Source of the DNA: a virus | Taxonomy: Duplodnaviria; Heunggongvirae; Uroviricota; Caudoviricetes; Herelleviridae | Length of the DNA: 64,000 bases | IMG/VR virus record: IMGVR_UViG_2974632988_000001 | Span: 59,923-123,922 of that record | Direction: 5' to 3' (one strand) | Shown: in pieces, positions 35,359 to 44,339 of the stretch | Layout: every line of letters begins with the position of its first letter | Numbering within the stretch: position 1 is the first letter of the stretch | The notes under the pieces: generated by a model | What the model was told of the DNA's origin: nothing | Seen by the model: only the letters and a program-made list of their open reading frames with translations | Databases searched by the model: none | Translations under genes and position numbers: made by a program

Positions 35359-35819
35359 TTCTCCTCTGTCATTTCACTTAAACTAGGTCGTGCGCCAGAT
35401 ACACTCTTAAGGTTAGAGGCATCATCTGGTAGGATTTCAACCTGCCACGGACGTTTGATTGGTTTATTTAAGTTACTGATGAATTTCTTAGTAGCTAGTA
35501 ACTCACGTAGGTTTCTTCTACTACCGTACATATAGATTAAGGCTCCGGGGTGAATTATTTCTAAAGCTTTATCTAAATCTATATCTTCGTCTCGTTGTTC
35601 TAACATGAAAATTAAAACTTTAAGTCTATCATCATAGCACATTTCATCTATCTCGCTTAAGATATGGTTATATGTCTCGTACACTCCATTTTGTAAGTCC
35701 TCTCGTACTGATGCTGGACAATCTAGCTCATTCGGAGTAGCTTCGTTAAACCGTTCTTCACTATCCGGACAACATTGGTCAAACATGTTCCAAACGCAGT
35801 ACTTGTTATTACATTCCAT
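35331..35819 (-). CDS. hypothetical cysteine-containing protein
   Basis: 162 aa; GAGGAGGAAAG RBS supports ATG at 35819. Confidence 0.55.
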   Translation of the reverse strand: MECNNKYCVWNMFDQCCPDSEERFNEATPNELDCPASVREDLQNGVYETYNHILSEIDEMCYDDRLKVLIFMLEQRDEDIDLDKALEIIHPGALIYMYGSRRNLRELLATKKFISNLNKPIKRPWQVEILPDDASNLKSVSGARPSLSEMTEENWKWISKQK

Positions 35820-36019
35820 CTACTTTCCTCCTCATAAGTAAAGTAAACCCCTACAGGTCTACATTTGTATTCGAATTTCGTTATCATTTCCTCCGTTATC
35901 CTCTTATAATCTCTCTTTTTGAAACGGAACGTTATCTTGAACCCTTCTTCTATAACACTTATGTATTTAACATCGAACTCTTTTATAGCGGCATCTACTA
36001 TACTACTTGTCGTGTGCAT
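35723..36019 (-). CDS. hypothetical protein (overlaps next gene by 97 nt)
   Basis: 98 aa ORF. Confidence 0.4.
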   Translation of the reverse strand: MHTTSSIVDAAIKEFDVKYISVIEEGFKITFRFKKRDYKRITEEMITKFEYKCRPVGVYFTYEEESRWNVITSTAFGTCLTNVVRIVKNGLTKLLRMS

Positions 36020-36020
36020 A

Positions 36021-36296
36021 TTAACCTCGTAATTTCTCTGCTAATTCATCTAACTCTTCTGGGTTGAATTTAATAGAGCGCCCTAATTCTTCACCGATTA
36101 CATCTTCCTGTTTATCTACTTCTAATAGTAGTACTGTTGGAACAGAAGCTAGTTCGTAATGCGCTGCGAACTCTGGATGTACTGTAACGTCTACAGCTTC
36201 ATGTGGAACGTTTAACTCTTCTTTTAAATAATTACTTACCATTGCACAAGGAGCGCAACCCGGTTGTTCAAATTTAACTAATTTCTTCATCTTCAT
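36021..36296 (-). CDS. thioredoxin/glutaredoxin-like protein (NrdH-like)
   Basis: CAPC redox motif (FEQPGCAPCAMV), 91 aa, next to RNR genes. Confidence 0.65.
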   Translation of the reverse strand: MKMKKLVKFEQPGCAPCAMVSNYLKEELNVPHEAVDVTVHPEFAAHYELASVPTVLLLEVDKQEDVIGEELGRSIKFNPEELDELAEKLRG

Positions 36297-36301
36297 TCTC
36301 C

Positions 36302-36586
36302 TTATATTTTAATATCTACAGTTATGTATTCTAACGGCATGTACGGATAAACTTTTACATTTATTGTGTCACCGTCTCTCGTGTAGTCGTACTTCGGATT
36401 CTCTCCGTATACGTCTTTAAAGAACTTGAAGTACTGTTCTAGGTACATTCTTGTGTTGAAGTCTTCTAGTTCTTCCGGGGTCATGCTGCCCATCATTTCT
36501 AGATGCTCTTGGATTTCTTTAGCTATATCTTCGGAAAGCGCTTGTACTTCTTTCGACTCTTCATCAGTGAACATGTTATTCCACAT
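36302..36586 (-). CDS. hypothetical protein
   Basis: 94 aa ORF. Confidence 0.5.
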   Translation of the reverse strand: MWNNMFTDEESKEVQALSEDIAKEIQEHLEMMGSMTPEELEDFNTRMYLEQYFKFFKDVYGENPKYDYTRDGDTINVKVYPYMPLEYITVDIKI

Positions 36587-37004
36587 AAAGTAGCTCCTCC
36601 ACCATCCGTTTAAAGTATTTTTGTTCAGAGACTTTGGGGAATCCCTCGAACTTAAACTTATGTACTTTATTCTTTACACTTAGATAATCTCCTAAATAGT
36701 CTACAGCTCCACAGAATAGCTCGTACTCACTTCTACCACTACCGAATACTACAATCTCTTTACCTTCTAAGCCTTTAATGATATCTTCGAATACCTTCAA
36801 ATAGCTCGGGAATGCAAGATTTTTTTGGTAAGTTGGGTAATATGTAGGAACTCCTAAAAAGATTAAAGAACTGTTTTTAAATGCTTGTTTTACTTCTTCT
36901 ATTGTCGTATGACTAGTAACTTGAAATATGTAGTCGAAATAATGATTCTCTAGGAGTTCGAGAATACCCGTGGTATTCCCCTTCCTAGAATATACAAACA
37001 TGGT
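36576..37004 (-). CDS. nrdI: NrdI-like flavodoxin
   Basis: MFVYSRKGNTTG..., IFLGVPTYY, VVFGSGRSEY; adjacent to nrdF; start chosen at 37004 to avoid deep overlap with nrdF. Confidence 0.6.
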   Translation of the reverse strand, partial: TMFVYSRKGNTTGILELLENHYFDYIFQVTSHTTIEEVKQAFKNSSLIFLGVPTYYPTYQKNLAFPSYLKVFEDIIKGLEGKEIVVFGSGRSEYELFCGAVDYLGDYLSVKNKVHKFKFEGFPKVSEQKYFKRMVEELLYVE

Positions 37005-37014
37005 TACTTTCTTT

Positions 37015-38121
37015 TTAGAGGTCAAAGTCGTCCCCATCCTCGTGTTTGTAGTTAATTGCGTTTCCTTGTAAGAAGTCTGATTTAGGAGCGATTTCTCCAG
37101 AACCTTTAGACTTACTACCGTATGTAACAATCCATTTAGACTTAAGCTCTGTATTGCTAGGGAACGGCTCTTTTAATCCAGCATTACGGCAAATTAAGTT
37201 AGCTAGGTACTCGGCGTAATCGTGATACTCTGCAACGGATAACGTATCGATATCTTGATACAACCAAGCTGTCCATTCTTTCTCTAACTCTACTGCTTTA
37301 CGAATGTAGTTCATAGCCCAATCCATCAACTCTGGGTTATTTAAATGCGGATTCTCTGTTACTAAAACTTTAATGATTAATCCAAAGATTTCAGAGTGCT
37401 GGTTCTCATCTGCTTTGATTAAATTGATTAGGTTGTTGGACTCAATCATCTTGTTATCACGAGCTAATGAGTGGAAGTATACGAATCCACCAGAGAAGTA
37501 CTCACCTTCTAGAATCTGGTAAGCTACTAAGCCTTTAAATAGAATCGTGATTTCATCCTCTGTAAATGTGATTGTGCCACCTTGAACCAATTTACCTCGT
37601 AGCATGTCAACCATTTCTTCTAACTCTTTTAAGATGAAGTCATTACGTTTTGCTAGTAACGGCAACTCACGTACTTTAGCGAACTCTTTCTGCTTCTCTT
37701 CAAAACCGATTACAGTCGATGTCATGTGTTCGTATGACACATTATGCATCGTTTCGAATGAGGCAATAATGGTTAATAGTGTTCGTAATGCTGGGTCTGA
37801 TGTAGACATGAATAGCATTGTTACGATATCACTAGCCATTGAATCTAACCAGTTTAATGCACCTGATACACGTTCATATGCTACTCTTTCTGCTGGTGTT
37901 AATTCTTGTTTGTATTGTTCGATATCTTTACCCATTCTAACTTCTTCTGGAACCCAGTACTCTGCGAATAGAGCTTTCTGGTAATCTAGCCATGTATCTA
38001 CTAGTTGGTCATCCCAGTTACGAATCCCACTAGCCACGCCACCGAATAACTTAGTAGCGCGATTAGGATGCATCGCATTATAGATGCGGAATGGTTTTTC
38101 TGTTGTTACTTTATTGAACAT
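37015..38121 (-). CDS. nrdF: ribonucleotide reductase class Ib beta subunit
   Basis: R2 ferritin-like motifs (VSGALNWLDSMASD, FETMHNVSYEHM, ADENQHSEIF). Confidence 0.85.
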   Translation of the reverse strand: MFNKVTTEKPFRIYNAMHPNRATKLFGGVASGIRNWDDQLVDTWLDYQKALFAEYWVPEEVRMGKDIEQYKQELTPAERVAYERVSGALNWLDSMASDIVTMLFMSTSDPALRTLLTIIASFETMHNVSYEHMTSTVIGFEEKQKEFAKVRELPLLAKRNDFILKELEEMVDMLRGKLVQGGTITFTEDEITILFKGLVAYQILEGEYFSGGFVYFHSLARDNKMIESNNLINLIKADENQHSEIFGLIIKVLVTENPHLNNPELMDWAMNYIRKAVELEKEWTAWLYQDIDTLSVAEYHDYAEYLANLICRNAGLKEPFPSNTELKSKWIVTYGSKSKGSGEIAPKSDFLQGNAINYKHEDGDDFDL

Positions 38122-38139
38122 ATATAGCTTGTCTCCTTT

Positions 38140-38547
38140 TTAATTATTTTCTTGGTAACTACGCTTGTCCTCTTCATCTGTTACACGAACAAAATCTACC
38201 GACTCTGAATAGTAACCGTTTGATTCACCTAACCAGCGTAGTGTTACTGTGCCTTTGATTGTTGCGATTTTATAGAACGTCCAAGTCGATGTACCATAAT
38301 CAGAATCGTTACCTGATTCCGATACTGCTTCCGCCATTAAAATCGGACTATGTAATAAATCTTCTAAATCTCCGTCAATGTCTTCGATGTAAACAGACTC
38401 ACAGCAGTCTTGCTGATGATACATTACATAAATTTCTCCGTCTGTGTCATAGAATACTAGCTCGTCCGACCCTTCGTTTTTAATACGTGTAAACGTTTTA
38501 CCTACTAACCCCTCAAATTCAAAATCTTCATTGTTCCATGAATACAT
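38140..38547 (-). CDS. hypothetical protein
   Basis: 135 aa ORF between nrdE and nrdF. Confidence 0.55.
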   Translation of the reverse strand: MYSWNNEDFEFEGLVGKTFTRIKNEGSDELVFYDTDGEIYVMYHQQDCCESVYIEDIDGDLEDLLHSPILMAEAVSESGNDSDYGTSTWTFYKIATIKGTVTLRWLGESNGYYSESVDFVRVTDEEDKRSYQENN

Positions 38548-38568
38548 ATTATTCCTCCTCAGTTTGTT

Positions 38569-38781
38569 TTAAAATAAACCTTCTTCTTCTACCTCTACTA
38601 AAATAGCTACCATCTTTTTATATCCATTTTCTGGACTTCTATTATTCCCTTTACCTTGTCCTTGCCAACGACGAATTGTAACACCGTTAGACCAGACATC
38701 TATGTATTTTACAATATCTAAGTGGTCAGAAACCTCTAACGCCTCTATAACATCTTTTACATCTTTTCTGTTATGTACCAT
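38569..38781 (-). CDS. hypothetical small protein
   Basis: 70 aa ORF. Confidence 0.45.
   Translation of the reverse strand: MVHNRKDVKDVIEALEVSDHLDIVKYIDVWSNGVTIRRWQGQGKGNNRSPENGYKKMVAILVEVEEEGLF
38713..38741 (-). promoter_or_regulatory. SPO1-late-type promoter-like element CGTTAGA-16-GATATT inside a CDS
   Basis: rc of tctaacg 38735-38741 and aatatc 38713-38718; consensus recalled from literature, not verified here. Confidence 0.3.
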
Positions 38782-39026
38782 TAGCTTGTCTCCTCTACTA
38801 AGAAGTTCTCATGAAGTAGAGTTTTAACTGTCATACCATTCTTGCTATCTACAAATTCTCCGCGAACATAGCAATCTACGTATGGCGCTCCTCTGTAGTG
38901 TCCATCTAAATCCCATTCGAAATAAAGTACATCATCTACCTTTACATCTTTGAAACCTTTGGCACTAGTTTTCTTTAAAACTTCTACTACAATAAACTTA
39001 CCTGTCAACTTTACTTTCTCTTCCAA
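38781..39026 (-). CDS. hypothetical small protein
   Basis: 81 aa; TTG start with AAGGAGG RBS; promoter 39095-39123. Confidence 0.45.
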   Translation of the reverse strand: MEEKVKLTGKFIVVEVLKKTSAKGFKDVKVDDVLYFEWDLDGHYRGAPYVDCYVRGEFVDSKNGMTVKTLLHENFLVEETS

Positions 39027-39094
39027 CCATTTTCCTCCTTATAAATAAAAATAGTGTAAGATATTACTATAAAGGACTCACTCTTACAAGTAAT

Positions 39095-39123
39095 ACTATA
39101 CACTATTCTGTATTTTTTGTCAA
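39095..39123 (-). promoter_or_regulatory. sigma-A-type promoter TTGACA-17-TATAGT
   Basis: rc of tgtcaa 39118-39123, actata 39095-39100. Confidence 0.5.
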
Positions 39124-39241
39124 TTAGATTTTACTAGATTTTTAATACCAACCTTTAAATACTTTCTCTCTCATCCACTTATGAAACCTATGATGCAACT
39201 CATCTAAAAAAAAGTATGCAGAGACTAGTAAGTGTTTCATA

Positions 39242-41563
39242 TTAACCTGCACACATAATGCAATCTTCTGGTTTCTCTCTATCCTCTGTATGAGTATAGT
39301 AGATTGTTTTCATTCCTTTATCCCATGCAGCCATGTCCAGTCGTAATAGCTCTGAACCTTTGATGTTCGATGATACGTGCATGTTATGTGAAATCGCTTG
39401 GTCAACATATTTCTGTGCTTCTGCTACGTGATTGATAGACCACATTTCATCCATCTCGAAACCAGATTTATAGAACCATTTTGTTTTGTTATTGTAGTTC
39501 GGTGGAACAATTAGAACGTTCATACCAGATTTATTTTCTGTGTACGCTACATCGTATAGCGCATCCATAGATGGCGAACCATTCATGATGATACTGTTAG
39601 ATGCTGTTGGAGCGACTGCACCATTGTACCCGTTTCGCATGCCTAGCGCAGCCATAGAGCGTAGTTCTTCCCATTCAGACCCAACTAGACCCCTCTTATC
39701 GAAGAACTCTCCTGTCGCCCAATCAGAGCCTTCATACAGTGGGTAAGAACCTTTTTCTAAAGCTAACTTATGAGAAGCTTTAATTTGTGCTTTTAAGTAA
39801 CGTTTAAACTCTTCTCCAATAAACTCAGTCGCTTCATTCGACTCCCACTTAATCCCTTTATCAGCCATCAGTGTTGCCATACCTAAGTATCCGGCACCTA
39901 CAGCTCGATATAAGTCGTTGGTTTGTTTCGCCTGATGAACCGATAGTCGTCCCATCGAGATTACGTTATCTAGCATACGGAACTGAATATCTACTACTTC
40001 TTGGTATGTCTCGTCATCTAGGTCGTGCGTATTGTGACCAACTAGAGAACTTAAGTTACAAGTTACTAACCCTTCACCTTTAAGTTTTAGTACAACATAG
40101 CCATTCTCGTCTAGACCATTCTCGATGATTTCATCGTATTCCATATTCTGGATAATTTCTGTACATAAGTTTGATGCAAACGGCATACCAACGTGTCCAT
40201 TTGGATTCTGACGTGCTGATGTATCGCTCCAGTACATGTAAGGTGTACCGCCTGTTTTACGGCTAATGAAGATAGATTTATAGATGTCAGTAGCTTTTAC
40301 GACTTCTTTAATCTCTAAGTCTAGTTCTTCTGCTTTACGGTACCAGTATGTAAATGCATGGTCTTTCTCATTAGGCTCTTCACCATCTTGTAGACGTTTC
40401 TTATCGTATTGCATGTTTAAGTCTACGCCTAGTTTTTTCTTAACCTCTGTTGGGTCAAAGATAGTGAACAATTCCTTGTTTTGTAATCGTCTCATAAACT
40501 CATCCGGGATAGTTACGGCTGTTGTAATAGAATGAGCGCGCTTCTCTTGTGAACCAGTTTTTAATCGTAGTTCTAAGAAGTCTTTAATGTCTGCATGCCA
40601 TACAGGTAAGTAAACGGAAATACCAGCTTTACGTGTTCCTGTTTGGTCTACATACTCTGCTAATACAGATAGTAATCGTGCCGGGTGGATAACCCCATTG
40701 TTCTGTACTTTCACTCCACGGATACGAGAACCACGAGCGCGTAAGAATCCAGCGAAGATACCAATACCAGAACCATTCTTCGAGAATAAAGCTACTTGTT
40801 TCGCTACATCGAAGATACTATCAATCGTGTCATCCATTGTTAAGATATGACAAGAAGATAACGAACCATGAGGCGCACCTGCATTTTTAAGTGTTGGTGT
40901 TGCTAATCCGATATAGTGATTGAATAAAGCCCAGTACGCTTTCTTAACATACTCCATACGGTTCTTTCTTTTCTCAATACTCATTAAGTATAAAGCTACT
41001 GTAAGGAATCGCTCTTGGGGAAGCTCCATTACTAGTCCTTTATCATTCTTAGCTAAGTATGTTTTTGTTAGAGTTTGAAGTCCGCTATAGCTAAACTTAC
41101 GGTCACTATCCTTATTGATTAGCTTACCTGCTTCTTGCAGCTCTTCTCGTGTGTAGACATCTAGTAGAATTTCTGAATACTTTCCACGTTCTACCATTGC
41201 TGTTACGTGTGAAGCGTAGTCTCCGTATCCTTCTTTGTAATCGAATCCACGCAGTTTACTAGCTTGTTTGTATAGCTGTCGTAAATATACCGCAGATGCA
41301 AAGTTAGCTAATGGTAGGTTCGATAGTTTTATACGAGATTGTGTTTCTCGAATTAAGAAGGTAAATAGCTTGTCCGCTTCTACTGCTTTCTTAGCTTCTA
41401 CCATGCTGATTACGGCATTCTTAATTTCTTCAATATCTGATGCTTCAATTGCTTCTTTATTGTTTGTTTCTTCTAAGATGCTGTCTACAAAGTAATTAAA
41501 CCGTTCTCGAACGAATCTAATTTCCTGTGTGTAGGTGCCTCTATCTTTTGTAATTAATGTCAT
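39242..41563 (-). CDS. nrdE: ribonucleotide reductase class I alpha subunit
   Basis: 773 aa; RNR large-subunit motifs (NLCTEI, active-site region) and C-terminal CIMC pair. Confidence 0.9.
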   Translation of the reverse strand: MTLITKDRGTYTQEIRFVRERFNYFVDSILEETNNKEAIEASDIEEIKNAVISMVEAKKAVEADKLFTFLIRETQSRIKLSNLPLANFASAVYLRQLYKQASKLRGFDYKEGYGDYASHVTAMVERGKYSEILLDVYTREELQEAGKLINKDSDRKFSYSGLQTLTKTYLAKNDKGLVMELPQERFLTVALYLMSIEKRKNRMEYVKKAYWALFNHYIGLATPTLKNAGAPHGSLSSCHILTMDDTIDSIFDVAKQVALFSKNGSGIGIFAGFLRARGSRIRGVKVQNNGVIHPARLLSVLAEYVDQTGTRKAGISVYLPVWHADIKDFLELRLKTGSQEKRAHSITTAVTIPDEFMRRLQNKELFTIFDPTEVKKKLGVDLNMQYDKKRLQDGEEPNEKDHAFTYWYRKAEELDLEIKEVVKATDIYKSIFISRKTGGTPYMYWSDTSARQNPNGHVGMPFASNLCTEIIQNMEYDEIIENGLDENGYVVLKLKGEGLVTCNLSSLVGHNTHDLDDETYQEVVDIQFRMLDNVISMGRLSVHQAKQTNDLYRAVGAGYLGMATLMADKGIKWESNEATEFIGEEFKRYLKAQIKASHKLALEKGSYPLYEGSDWATGEFFDKRGLVGSEWEELRSMAALGMRNGYNGAVAPTASNSIIMNGSPSMDALYDVAYTENKSGMNVLIVPPNYNNKTKWFYKSGFEMDEMWSINHVAEAQKYVDQAISHNMHVSSNIKGSELLRLDMAAWDKGMKTIYYTHTEDREKPEDCIMCAG

Positions 41564-41640
41564 GCTTTTAAATCCCCTCTTCCCTCATGTGTTAAATGTA
41601 TACAAGTTATAATATATCAAAACTTTATGTATTTTTATGC

Positions 41641-42192
41641 TTATTGTGGATTTTGAATATCCCACGGGAACTCGTGATAGGTTTCCCATAGGAAAGTTAA
41701 GTCTAGTGACTTGAAACCATCCATTGTAGTTAGTAGTGTGTCGAAGTAATTTTCCTCTTCACGGATATCCAAGAAACTAACAGTTTGTCTTGATACAGGG
41801 AAGTGTTTGTTTAACTTATCGTATACCTCATCACTGTATGGAAGTAATACATAACTAATCTCTCTGTTTTTTGAGAATATTAGTAGTGGCGATACCCCAT
41901 GTACTTTAAGTCTACGAGAGTCCATAACCACCTGTTGAAACCACTCTTTAATCTGACCGATGTTTTTGAACAGGTGCGATAAATCGAATCCTTCACGTTT
42001 CTTACACTCTACTACGAACGGGAACTTCATACCTAGTGGCGGAATAATATCTCCAGCTACACGTTGGTCACTCCCCCAGTGTAATCCACCAGAAGCGGGT
42101 ACGCGTGAGAATTTACCTCCCCACATCTCAGAAAGCTCTTTCGCAATCTTATTTTCGTATCCGGCTCCTTTTGTCTTACTCATTTTTCCCAA
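41641..42192 (-). CDS. Hjc/RecU-like Holliday junction resolvase (PD-(D/E)XK)
   Basis: N-terminal KGAGYENKIAKELSEMWGGKFSRVPASGG resembles archaeal Hjc; GDIIPP...FVVECKKRE gives D...E.K. Confidence 0.5.
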   Translation of the reverse strand: MGKMSKTKGAGYENKIAKELSEMWGGKFSRVPASGGLHWGSDQRVAGDIIPPLGMKFPFVVECKKREGFDLSHLFKNIGQIKEWFQQVVMDSRRLKVHGVSPLLIFSKNREISYVLLPYSDEVYDKLNKHFPVSRQTVSFLDIREEENYFDTLLTTMDGFKSLDLTFLWETYHEFPWDIQNPQ

Positions 42193-42248
42193 TACGCTTC
42201 ACTCCTTTACAGATAATTATATACTCCTTATGAAGAAAGAGCAGAGAA

Positions 42249-42485
42249 TTATTTCTCCTCTGCTTCTCCTTGTAACGTTTTAATGTCGTACTCTGTTATT
42301 AGCCAGTTGTACAATGTTTGCGGGTCAATGTTTAGACTAGCTGTTTCGATGTCTCCGGAAATATCGTTCGTAACTTCTATGTATGTAGAGCCATCTTTGT
42401 TTTTCTCGATGTAACCGTAATCCTCTGGGAAATGATTACAATGTAGTTTCATCAACTTCCTCCTTTTTAGTTGCGTGAGCTTCAA
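42249..42485 (-). CDS. hypothetical small protein
   Basis: 78 aa ORF. Confidence 0.45.
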   Translation of the reverse strand: MKLTQLKRRKLMKLHCNHFPEDYGYIEKNKDGSTYIEVTNDISGDIETASLNIDPQTLYNWLITEYDIKTLQGEAEEK

Positions 42486-42861
42486 TCATCTCTTTTACTT
42501 TTTTATCGTGAGATTCTGCGGCTTCTTCATACATTTCTGCTGTAGCGCCTAGTTTTTCTAGTACAGACTTTTGAAGCTGCACTTCTCGCATTACGTGAGT
42601 TAACTTTTCGTCAATCTCTTGCATAATTTGAGTGAATGATAGTCGAGCTAGAATAGTAGCATCAGAAATTGTAGCGCTTCGTTGCGCTAGTTCATTAATT
42701 TGCTCTGCATGCTCTTCGCTCTTGACTCCGCCTGTTAATAGATACTCCATGTAAACTTGCATATCTTCAATAGGTAATGAACCTTGTGTCATGATTTGAG
42801 CTACTAAACCTTTTAAATTTTCAATCTCTTCCTGTAATTCTTTCTTCGTTTTCGTTGCCAT
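42436..42861 (-). CDS. hypothetical coiled-coil protein
   Basis: 141 aa ORF. Confidence 0.5.
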   Translation of the reverse strand: MATKTKKELQEEIENLKGLVAQIMTQGSLPIEDMQVYMEYLLTGGVKSEEHAEQINELAQRSATISDATILARLSFTQIMQEIDEKLTHVMREVQLQKSVLEKLGATAEMYEEAAESHDKKVKEMIEAHATKKEEVDETTL

Positions 42862-42867
42862 ATGTAT

Positions 42868-43167
42868 TTAGTCTCCTTTTATTTTAAATAAATCGTCTTC
42901 ATGTGCATTGAAGTCGTCATATATGTTTATTTGTATTTCCTCCGGTAACTTTTCTACGATAGCTCGTAGTCTAGCGTCCGTCATTGCTTGTGATGTATCT
43001 ATATGTAAAATTAAATCATCCATTGCATCAATGAGCGCATTACCTACATCTTTCAAGTCTACTATCTCGTCTGTAGCATCTTCTTGAAGACGAAGAATCA
43101 TCTCACCATCATGACTTAATTTAGCTGTAATAATTTGTTCTATGTACTCTGTAACCTTACTTTGCAT
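42868..43167 (-). CDS. hypothetical acidic protein
   Basis: 99 aa ORF. Confidence 0.5.
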   Translation of the reverse strand: MQSKVTEYIEQIITAKLSHDGEMILRLQEDATDEIVDLKDVGNALIDAMDDLILHIDTSQAMTDARLRAIVEKLPEEIQINIYDDFNAHEDDLFKIKGD

Positions 43168-43179
43168 AACATCTCCCCT

Positions 43180-43437
43180 TTACGGCATGTTAACAGCAAT
43201 CCAACCAATAACCCATAGTATGCCCATTGCAATTTTAACGAGTATATATAGACCTCCTACGATTAACAAGCACACTACAATTAATACAGGTATAAAGGAG
43301 AATCCGAATAGCATACCTATTTTCTTAGACTCTCCTCTTTTCCACTCACCTGTGTACTCATTAGTGTTATCTTTCTTGTAGGCGTAATAAATCCTTATTG
43401 AAATTATAACGTACACTATAATTCCAAGTGTAATCAT
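43180..43437 (-). CDS. small membrane protein
   Basis: 85 aa with 2-3 TM segments. Confidence 0.5.
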   Translation of the reverse strand: MITLGIIVYVIISIRIYYAYKKDNTNEYTGEWKRGESKKIGMLFGFSFIPVLIVVCLLIVGGLYILVKIAMGILWVIGWIAVNMP

Positions 43438-44270
43438 TACTTACTACCCGTACTTCCGTATGCACCTTCACCGCGTTCTGTCTCCGGTAGCTCGTCCACT
43501 ACATTGTATTTAGCTTGAATTCGATTTTGGTAATGAATCTGCGCTACACGTTCGCCTTTTTCGATGTAGATAGTTCCACGAGGTACCAAGTCTACGAATA
43601 AACGCTGTTGTGCAGATGGTTGTGGTGCTTTCTGGTCTAACCATGCGTCGTTTTCTCGAATTGATAGTTGTTGCCCAGCATCAATCTTCTTACGGATAGC
43701 AGTAAGCCTACTAATAGCGAACTCACCAGCATCTTTACGTTTCTTCCAAGCTAGAAGCTCTTTATTGAAATCTTCCATCGTTTTAGGTTTATCGTAACCT
43801 AATGTTACGGAATCTTTTTCATAGAACTCACGGGCGTTTTCTAATACCTCTTTTGGTACTGCTGATAAAGGAATACGCTGACCTTTCGCATCGAAAACAA
43901 AATCTACTACAGAAGAATCTACAAACGTGTTACGTAATAGGATACCTAAGTATCCACGGTATGTACCTTCGATAATGCCTGTACAATTCGATAGAATGAT
44001 AGGCGTATGATACGCTGAACCACTTCGTGTATTAGTTTTCATTCCGTATTGGTCACTGAACGCTGTTTTAAGACCTGTAGGAACTAATACAGATGCGAAT
44101 GTACTCGGTGGAACCAATCGCCCTTCTGCTGCTCTAATATCGTCGCAGAAGTCGTTACCGTGTGCGTTCTCTGGTAAATAACCTTCACCAATAACAATAT
44201 CTACTTTAAGTTGTTCTGGATAAGGGTGAATCTCCATCTCTACTTCTGACGCTTGCAATGAATCTGTCAT
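43437..44270 (-). CDS. dut: dUTPase (trimeric type) with about 100-aa insertion between motifs III and IV
   Basis: Motif II TRSGSA; III GIIEGTYRGYLGI; IV GERVAQI; V ERGEGAYGSTGSK; 277 aa where 150-170 aa is typical. Confidence 0.65.
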   Translation of the reverse strand: MTDSLQASEVEMEIHPYPEQLKVDIVIGEGYLPENAHGNDFCDDIRAAEGRLVPPSTFASVLVPTGLKTAFSDQYGMKTNTRSGSAYHTPIILSNCTGIIEGTYRGYLGILLRNTFVDSSVVDFVFDAKGQRIPLSAVPKEVLENAREFYEKDSVTLGYDKPKTMEDFNKELLAWKKRKDAGEFAISRLTAIRKKIDAGQQLSIRENDAWLDQKAPQPSAQQRLFVDLVPRGTIYIEKGERVAQIHYQNRIQAKYNVVDELPETERGEGAYGSTGSK

Positions 44271-44308
44271 TATGTATTTTCCTCCTCTTTCTCTTTTCTA
44301 CATCTATT

Positions 44309-44337
44309 AATATACCACTAACTTTACAGTATGTCAA
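44309..44337 (-). promoter_or_regulatory. sigma-A-type promoter TTGACA-17-TATATT for the dUTPase gene
   Basis: rc of tgtcaa 44332-44337, aatata 44309-44314. Confidence 0.5.
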
Positions 44338-44339
44338 CA

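Noticed and set aside
28051-41563. Group I introns or inteins in the DNA polymerase, nrdE or nrdF genes
   Set aside because: All three read as single uninterrupted ORFs with motifs in the expected order and spacing. The homing-endonuclease-like genes present are free-standing.
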